From NCBI GenBank assembly GCA_965637545.1, contig OZ281494.1, forward strand, positions 15,252,001-15,316,000: a stretch of DNA of 64,000 nt, given 5' to 3'. How positions within the stretch are numbered: position 1 is the first letter of the stretch; every line of letters starts with the position of its first letter. This DNA comes from Phallusia mammillata (Eukaryota). The translations under genes and the position numbers were made by a program. This document shows, one piece after another, positions 37,958-64,000 of the stretch. The notes under the pieces are model-generated. The model had not been told where the DNA came from, made no database searches, and saw only the letters and a list, made by a program, of their open reading frames with translations.

Positions 37958-38564
37958 CTCGGGTCATCTCTTACAAATTTCAATTATACATTGTTCCCAA
38001 TTTCACTTTTTTCAAATATATTTTATCACTGCATTTTACTGGCTTGCTGTTGGTAAAAAATGCTTTTAGTCCTTTGCTGAAGTTTTGTTATTTTATTTCT
38101 GAGATGCAATAAAGATAGCTTCAACATGATTTCTTGTAATTGCTGACAATATAGTGGCAGGTAAATTGATTTGAACTGATGATTTTAACATAAACAGACA
38201 GGTGGTCACAGTGCCCAAACTAAATAAATCTTGATAAATTGCATTACCAACACAAACAAGTTAGGTCAGGATTTGAACTTGATTGATTTACAAAATAACA
38301 GCAGTAATTTCTTTTGATTTATATAAGGCTTGTGTCATGTAATAGAACCAGTCAAATTCCAAAACAGTTCTCCTCATAGACACAATAACTGCATTGAATA
38401 TTGCATATTTCATTGCAGCTACAAGTCTATGCCCAAAACTTTAGCAGAATTGCTATCAATCGTTAGACTAGCTAACCAAATCTTTTTGTGTGTGTCAGGG
38501 CTGAACTGCATCCGTTTGTCAACATGGCAAGGCCACATTAACTTCAAAGATCTTTTGCTGGGCA

Positions 38565-56516
<17,952 letters not shown>

Positions 56517-57819
56517 CGTTGTAGGTTTTGGAATACTGAAATTAGATAACCATTACTTTAAACACATGCTTTTTAAGTCCACAGAAGCATCTATGGTTAA
56601 AATTCAACATTTGACCAGAAATGCATGCATTCGCTTTGACGATAGAAGGGAAATTCCCTATCTACCAACAACGGAGAGCAAGGTGAGCACGGTATATTTA
56701 CGAAATCGAATATTGTTAAATTGATTTGTAAAATGCTCAGTTGTTCCCTTTTTTCGATTTTTTTTCACAGTTCACTGGAAAATAACAAATTTAGGAGCGG
56801 TTAAAATCCACAAGGACACAAACATGTTCATTTTGAGTGGTAAAACTTATCCAATTTAAAAATTCAAAAGCCAAACCATGTCAACTAATTGCATGAGTGT
56901 TGTAAAATATTGCCCTTTTCGGTGACAAGACGTTTGTCTGCAGCAGAGTTGTGTTTGGGAAAAAGTGCGACTCTTCGATGCACAAAACGTACAATAGTCC
57001 TTAAAACAACATGTCAGCATGCTTTGCGACGTAAACAGGTTTCATCGGAACCGGCAAAATTTTTGCACAATTGATTATTATTTTTACCCTCACGTATGTG
57101 GTATAACAACGTAATGTAGCCTAGCGGATATTACACGACACAACGTTTTTTTCGTCCAGTTCATTCGTCATCAGCAGGCATGCCTACGTTACACCGTGGG
57201 CGCAAAAAACACAACACAGCAAGCACCAAAATGCTCAATTGAGTTTGTAGCACAAACAAAAACAACGGTTTCAGCAAAGGAAGCAGCAAGTTAGTGCTAC
57301 CCGAACTTCCTCGCAGAAATAGTGCGATGCGATATAGTTTGTACCAGTTTACAACGATAATCAACTGTAGCCTACGATAAAATGTGAAAAGTGCTAAGAC
57401 AGCCTTGTTAAGTTACAATTTTGTAAATCAAATCATTTTTTCCTTTTTAATTCCTTATGGCTTTACTGACTTAAAAACAAGCGTTCAGATGCCTTAAATT
57501 GCGAGAACACGTTTTCAGGTTTATCAATACTTTTCTGTAGTTCTGCGAAGTTGAAGTGACAGAGTAATTACCTACAATATTATCTACAGTGCGTTTACTG
57601 ATGGCAACAGTAGTAATGTGGTTATAGTTAACAGAAAACTTGGACCAAGTCGATTATAGCTTTAGTCAGAACATAACGCCTAAAAGTAAAGTTTTGCATA
57701 AAAAATATGCTATTAGCTTGTTCGCCGGGAAATACATAACCTAAGAAGCAGTGTAAACCTTTGTAAATGTACAGGTTTGGAATTCATAAATATTTCTGGG
57801 TACTAATCGGAACCCTTGG

Positions 57820-58799
57820 ATGACAAAGTTTTTTAATCCGAACGACAGGCCGGGTAAAATCCCCGTACCTTTGGAGGCTCCAATAGCATTGGCATCACTC
57901 GTTGTGGTGATACTGGTGTTTTGTTTTATGTACAAGATATGTTGTAGAAGCCACTGTACAGCTAGACGCAATGGAGTTCGTTTCACAAATCGAGCTGGGC
58001 AAGAGTTAAGAGTGGACACAACCTTTCAGAGGTTAATGCGGCTTTTAGTTTGGCAGGAAGCAGAGCTTAACGGTTGGTACATTTTGTCAAGATTTTCTTT
58101 CTTTCACATGATAGTTTGTAATGTATTGACGTTTTTGCGCTATTTTGCTGTAGTTTTTCGTAGAAAGTTTTTTTTTGTTAGATCTCTTGACACTTTTTCG
58201 TTGTCTAAGTTGGGTATCATTGTACAGCACGTTTAGGTTTTCCAAACAATCACAGCGAAGATGGTACAACGGGTTTACCACCACGTTATGATGACCTGCC
58301 ACCAAACTACACTGACGCAGTGACAAAAATTTCGCCAAAACAATCTCCAACACAAAGCGTCAGTGAGGTCATTTTTATTCCTTTGTGTAATTGGTTAAAA
58401 TAACAAAGCAGTTTGTAAACGTGGCTGTTGCTTTAGCAAATGTTTAATAAACCAATCAAATTGATACGGCTCGACCACAAGACTGCGAATTATTTATGAC
58501 TGTATTGATATCCCTGGTTTGTATGCATGCCCATAAATCTTAAAACCAACCAAGTTAGTTCAAAAACAGCCAATTGTGACGATATTGTTGCTGGTGAACT
58601 ATTTTTCCAGGGGTTGCTAAGGCTAAGCTGCTGCAGTAAAATTGGCAATTGCCAGCTAGTTATCATAGAAATAGTTATCAACAACTGCAATAGTAGATTT
58701 ACGAAATTCCCTTTTTGTGTTTATTTGCAGACGACCGAACCGCTTTGCTCTCCACCAGCGTACGAGCTTTGCAAATCATTCCAACATACAACGGTGTAA
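57820..58799 (+). CDS. Uncharacterised single-pass membrane protein with three PPxY motifs, ~150 aa
   Basis: Exons 57820-58072, 58237-58367, 58731-58799 (453 nt), with an in-frame stop upstream of the ATG. TM APIALASLVVVILVFCFMY, then KICCRSHC, then LPPRY, LPPNY and SPPAY. The exon 1 donor (G|GTTGGT) was chosen for phase compatibility. Confidence 0.65.
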
Positions 58800-60779
58800 G
58801 AAAATCACCCAGTAAAAGGCAATTTTGTCGCTGAGTCCTTGTGTTTGTGAACACTTTCAGTGACAAAATGGAAGCACCAAAATGCAATGGATTTTTGATA
58901 CCCAATAAACAAAAATGGCAGCAGTTTGTTGGATACGTAAGGACCTATTTGGGCAAATTGACTTTTTTGTAATGCGTGTTTGCGTTTGATTTGATTGTGA
59001 CACAGCACATAATGTTTTAAATTGTTTAAATCGTTTTTGTTTTTCTTGGTGCTAAAACATTTTTGCTTTTTGTATTTTAATTTTTGATTAACAATATTTG
59101 CAAGTTTTAGTCACCTGGTAGTGAAGTTTAAAAAAGTATTTTGAAGCGTTACGCTTTTGTACTACACAAAACGTAAAAATGGTCACCTTAGCGCGTATTC
59201 TCATGCTTATGCAAAAATGTTAAAACCAAAATGAACAATGCTAACACTTTTCTTTAAAATAAAGTTCATTTATGACGCTAACACATGAAGGCTTGGCGCA
59301 CTGCAGTTAAAAATATGAGGCATGGTTTGGTGAAACATTGTTTCCACAACTGAACAATAGTAGAAATTTAACAAATGCAACAACAAATTGCCGCAATACC
59401 GCAAGCCACATTGACTGTCACTGTCAAAAACAACATTACTCTATTAGGTGTAAAATTACATCACCGTGTACAATCATTGCAGCACAAATAACAGGATGTG
59501 ATGAAGTGCAAGGTTCCAATTGTATTATTCATTCATTGCTCTAAAGAAGCCCTACCGTTCTGGTGGGCGAAACGTCAGCAAATACAAGTTCTTGAAACAA
59601 CAACTAGTATTTTGTTTTGCATAACACCAGTTGAACGACAAATTTGTTTTAAAAAAAGGTTCCAATTTACAGCGCGAACAAACCGCTGTTAAAGGGAGAG
59701 GATTTTTGTTGGTATGAGCATTGCGGACGTGCTGGTTTTTATAGTTCTGTTGGACGTGCTGATAGTATTGGCAAAATGTAAAGATTATCGTAATTTGATT
59801 CTATAACATCAAGTACCACAAACAATGACCTGATTTGACATAGTGATTTTGGACAAAGCAAGCTTTTCGCAACACAAAGACCAACCCAAAAAAGTATTGC
59901 ATTAAGTTCATCTTTCTGAAGGACATTTCAACAGAATAACGCTACAACGATAATGCATATAAAGCGTTGGCCTAGCCATATGCAACTAAGTACCAAATGA
60001 AAAAAAACACATGTTGGTTGGAGGTGTAAAATTTTGCAGATATGAGTCTTATGTAAAAAGCACAGTGACCACATTTTGTCAATTCAAACGTATTTAAATG
60101 TGTCCTAAACCCAAACGTAACTGTTTACCGTTGTATAAGAAAAATTCCCGGAGTGAAAATCTGAAAATTTTGTCGTATTTGGAATCTCCTGGTCATGAGG
60201 TAGCCAGCAATAAAAGGTGGCATACAAAAGAAAAAAGGCGATGCTATAACGATGCTATAACAAGCGAAATAAAAGTTTTTTTTTAATTTGATAACAGTTT
60301 TTCTTGTCGAAATCAGCTTTTATCGCAACTCGCAATAGGTTTCCACCTGCGCAGACGGATCTTCATACAATATTCACTTGTGGAGTCCGGTTGTTTATGT
60401 TTGTGTTGTATTGTCAACAAGGGTGATGCGGTTGAAAGCAAAACAAAACTCAACGCGAAATATGAATCATTATTAGTCTGCTTCCGTGATAGCGTTGTTA
60501 AAGTTTGAATAGTACGTAAACACCGTAAATCTGTGAAAATGTGAAACAGAAGAAGTTTATTGCACTGATCAAAGAGGAGAGTGGTTTCGTTACCTTTACC
60601 GGTAGATTGACCTGGTTGCTCAAGGCGTTTTGTAAGCTTAACTTTGTACATTACAACGTATGTGGAAGTCAAACTGCCCAATAAACAGGATATGCTACAA
60701 CAGACTTGTTGCAAAGCGACGGAGAATTCATTAAATTAATGGATTACAGATTCTTTTAGAAGATCTTGAATTTGCCATC

Positions 60780-60819
60780 TTACTTGCTGTAAAAGTCCTA
60801 CTTGCTGTGAAAGTCCTTT
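60780..60819. repeat. 18-bp tandem duplication
   Basis: TTACTTGCTGTAAAAGTCCTACTTGCTGTGAAAGTCCT read directly. Confidence 0.65.
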
Positions 60820-61456
60820 TTGGTGCAAATTTGTGCACAAACAAAGTCACTGCAACTCGACTGCAGGTGTAGCGGTTGATTAAGGTTCAGTCGTGCAATG
60901 CGAGCGCTCTGCTCTGAACAATACGGATTACTGGCAGTGCATGTAAACAAGCGGTTCCGCTGTTAGCCCTGATACAAGTGTGACTGATGTCCTGTGGTAA
61001 ACTCTCTTTACTGAACCTACTTGTAGGAGGTGTTGTGTACGCAAGGTTTTAGACGAACGTTTTAATTTCGTTTCCATTTTTCTGTTGCTAACAAAGCTGT
61101 TGCTAACAAATCGAAAATGTTTCTTGCTTATTTTAGGTGTGCGTTTAGACAAGCAACGTTTTATTCGCAAGGTTATTAGGTTGGTTTTGGTAGTTTTGGG
61201 CAGTATAGATTGATAAGAACATTCAATGTTAATCTTTGATTAGAATTGACCACCTCTATCAATGCTAATAAAGGAAATGCTATTTTTGTATTTATGTGAG
61301 TATAAATGGACGAAATAATATAAAAGCCTGAAATCATTGTGAATAGAAACAAACGTGATTTCAAAGCAAACGTCGCACCTAACTGTGACATCTGATTATC
61401 GCAGGTTTGTTTATCCAATATGTAGCAGTTTAAGTAACATAAATTCGCACAAAAAT

Positions 61457-62290
61457 ATGCACAACACGGCAGCAAACAATAGCACGCCATTGGATACAAC
61501 TTCGGCGACCACATTGACAAAATTTCATGTCGTTCCCCGGTTTGTGGACAACTCAACCAATGTTATTGCTGTTCTAGTGGTGTCAGTAATAATTACATGG
61601 ATATTCTTTCTGATTCGAGCCTGTAGGCGCAACATTACCTGCCCTTGGTCGAGACAACAAAGCGACCGAAGAGATGCAAGAAGTGCCGGGATTGAAACAG
61701 GTCGGTGAAGCATCTATGTTTTCCCAATTTATTAGGCATGCCTATATACAGCACCTGAAACTCTCGCAGCAGATTAATTTAATAACACAGGAAATTGCGG
61801 ATATTCTAGTTAAATAAGATGTTGATATTGATGTTTATTGTTCCGACATAAAAATTTCCACTACAAAGTCAACTAGGTGTTTATCCACCAAGTAATTTTA
61901 CTTTTTAGGTGTCGTTGTCGGTATTTAGTGAATATATTGAAAAGCGGACGTTTTAACAATCGCTGTTTTCATTGTTAAAAGTGCACTGTTTACACAAAAT
62001 TAGTAAGTTTTTTTTCCGACTGTCAATTTACATAAGGTGTGGTTGTTTGCCGGTAGCAAAGCACAGAGACGTATTTCAATATTATGTTGACAGGTGACTC
62101 AGTTGGAAACACTGAAACTACTTTTGTCCATTTGATGCCACCACCGAGCTACGAGGAAGTAGTAAAAGGTAACATCAACTTTGTTGTTTTTCTTTTCTGG
62201 TCAGGTGCTTACAGAAAAGCGGAAGTCTATTGGTTGTTGCATCTAACACATGGCAGAATAAATAAAAGGATGGACAAGTCGTTTAACTGA
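61457..62290 (+). CDS. Second uncharacterised single-pass membrane protein with a PPSY motif (both ends uncertain)
   Basis: Exon 61405-61700 has a Thr/Asn-rich ectodomain with NST sequons and TM VIAVLVVSVIITWIFFLI followed by RACRR. A phase-1 intron leads to an exon from 62094 with LMPPPSYEEVV. Frame stays open to TGA at 62290 whether or not the 36-nt segment 62169-62204 is spliced. Upstream coding exons are possible. Confidence 0.55.
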
Positions 62291-62931
62291 TGGTTGCACA
62301 ACGCGAGACGAGGGCCGATTTTGTACCTTATAATTGAGTTACAAATACCACGCGATGCAATAGATGTTCGGTGGCTATAACTAAACTTAATGACTTCATG
62401 TCAATAAACTCACTAGCGTATCGCCTTGTAGCTATTGATGTGCAATTTGGGTTGTGCACCTGGGTTTAACGTATTGCATATATTCAATATGAATTCAAGA
62501 TATAATTGCTACAAGGCCGTTTCTAAAAATAAAATCATGTTAAAAAATGCTTCGGTGGTGAATGTTAAAGATGTTTAATGTATTCTTTTGTATAACCACC
62601 ACAGTATTTTGTTAAACATGTTATCCAATAGGCATTAAACGCGAAAGAATTCAAGCTCCATGCCAGTCGGCAAGCTCGTTACGTCATCAACATGGTCGTC
62701 ACGTTATGTACGTACGTCAACAGCGAGGATCAAACACACCTCGGGGCGCAAGGACTGTTTGTTGACATTGTTTTACAAACTTGTAAGTGTCGCCAAAGTG
62801 TTTTTGTTTGTTTGTTACGATTACCGCACAATATCACCAATTTGAGTGAAAATACTGTGAAAGTGTTTGCCATTAAAACAGCTTTAACCAAAATAAGCCA
62901 AAAAAGAGTTAGGGTTTCTTAGCTAGCCTCA

Positions 62932-64000
62932 CGAAACTGATACTTATGAAACTAGTATATAACACAAAACATGCCTGCTTACAACTAACAAGGCAAAGCA
63001 CACCAACGCGCGACGAGTAGTTTTTCGCCAAATCAAATAATTCAATTGTTCTTCGTATCAGCGGAAGTTTTCTGATTGTTCTTAAGTGCGGTCAGGAAGC
63101 CGTGCTGTCAGTAATCACCGATATGAACCACAAACGTCTTGTAAACAATAACTGCTTGTATGAAGTGTCTTAGGGTTTTGCTTTTTTTGTCGATTTGTTT
63201 TCATACAGAGCTACAAAACGTCCAACGTGCATTAAAAAATTCTAGAAACAGAACAACAGAAAGAAATGTCTAATGACTTCTAACTAGAAACAGGACTCTC
63301 TTAGACATTTTAATTTTGTGGGTTATACCTCGCTTTGATTAGTTTTTTTTTTAAATGTTGTAACATTTTAGAAAATATTTTTTGTGCGTACTTATAAACA
63401 GCTTGGTAATAGGCGCGTAGTAATTGTAAGATCAAAAAGCTCTTTAGGACATTTTTAAAGAATATGTTCGAGGTGTAGCGTTCCATTCAAGGCTTCTTGT
63501 GCCTATTGTCGTAGACTTCACAGAAGGGATTTAGAAGACAGACTGACACAACAACTTTTATGGAGTATAGTGCCAGCTTTTTTAACGTTGAACGCTGATT
63601 CATTTCTTAACTGCTTTATGTTTTTCGTTTTTCAAAACAGTAACCATGCTGTAAAAGTATTCTTGTGAGGTGATTTATTTTAACATGCGAATTGGAGATA
63701 TTCTTATAAGTTAACTTTTGTAAAAAATGTGTTTGTTTGCTACAATCAACACACGAGATCATTAATTCGTTTTTTGTGGACTTATTGTAGTATACTGTAA
63801 AAATTATTTGTCTTTATAACAGTCTTAATTAAGAAACAAAAACATAAAAAAACTAAGGTTTATTATTTAGTCCAGCGAACTGTTTTGATACCTACGAAAC
63901 CAGTAAGACACAAAACATTCATGCTTACAATTTAAAAAGCAAAGCACAATAACAAGCTATGAGTAGTTTTTCGCCGAATCAAATAATTTAATTGTTCTTA
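62932..64000. repeat. Diverged direct repeat, copies ~946 bp apart; second copy truncated by the window end
   Basis: 62932-63054 aligns by eye with 63876-64000, e.g. GAGTAGTTTTTCGCC[A/G]AATCAAATAATT[C/T]AATTGTTCTT at 63015 and 63961, and ACAAAACAT..TGCTTACAA. Confidence 0.75.

Noticed and set aside
59714-59777. Signal-peptide-like mini-exon MSIADVLVFIVLLDVLIVLAK with a GTAAAG donor
   Set aside because: Its phase 1 end does not join the phase-2 start of the 61405 exon, and no bridging exon was found; left unresolved.

Overview
Intron-rich, AT-rich animal genomic DNA with short GT-AG introns. An invertebrate chordate such as an ascidian is inferred from gene content and intron size, not proven. 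I reconstructed the genes by hand from splice sites and checked exon phase continuity. Left to right: 3' end of isovaleryl-CoA dehydrogenase (+); a ~25-kb SPRED gene (EVH1 + Sprouty domain, -); selenoprotein L with two in-frame UGA codons in a UxxU motif and a type-2 SECIS (-), broken up in the ORF track; intronless TMEM242 (-); PUM3/Puf-A (-) head-to-head with ALKBH6 (+); a 36-exon Dicer (-, ~2074 aa) with intact RNase III sites but substituted helicase ATPase motifs; two unassigned single-pass membrane genes with PPxY motifs (+); and a ~946-bp-spaced duplication at the right edge. Several non-autonomous hAT-like MITEs sit in introns, two with perfect 8-bp target-site duplications. I found no rRNA, tRNA or CRISPR features. 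Most short ORFs in the supplied track are spurious or are exon fragments.
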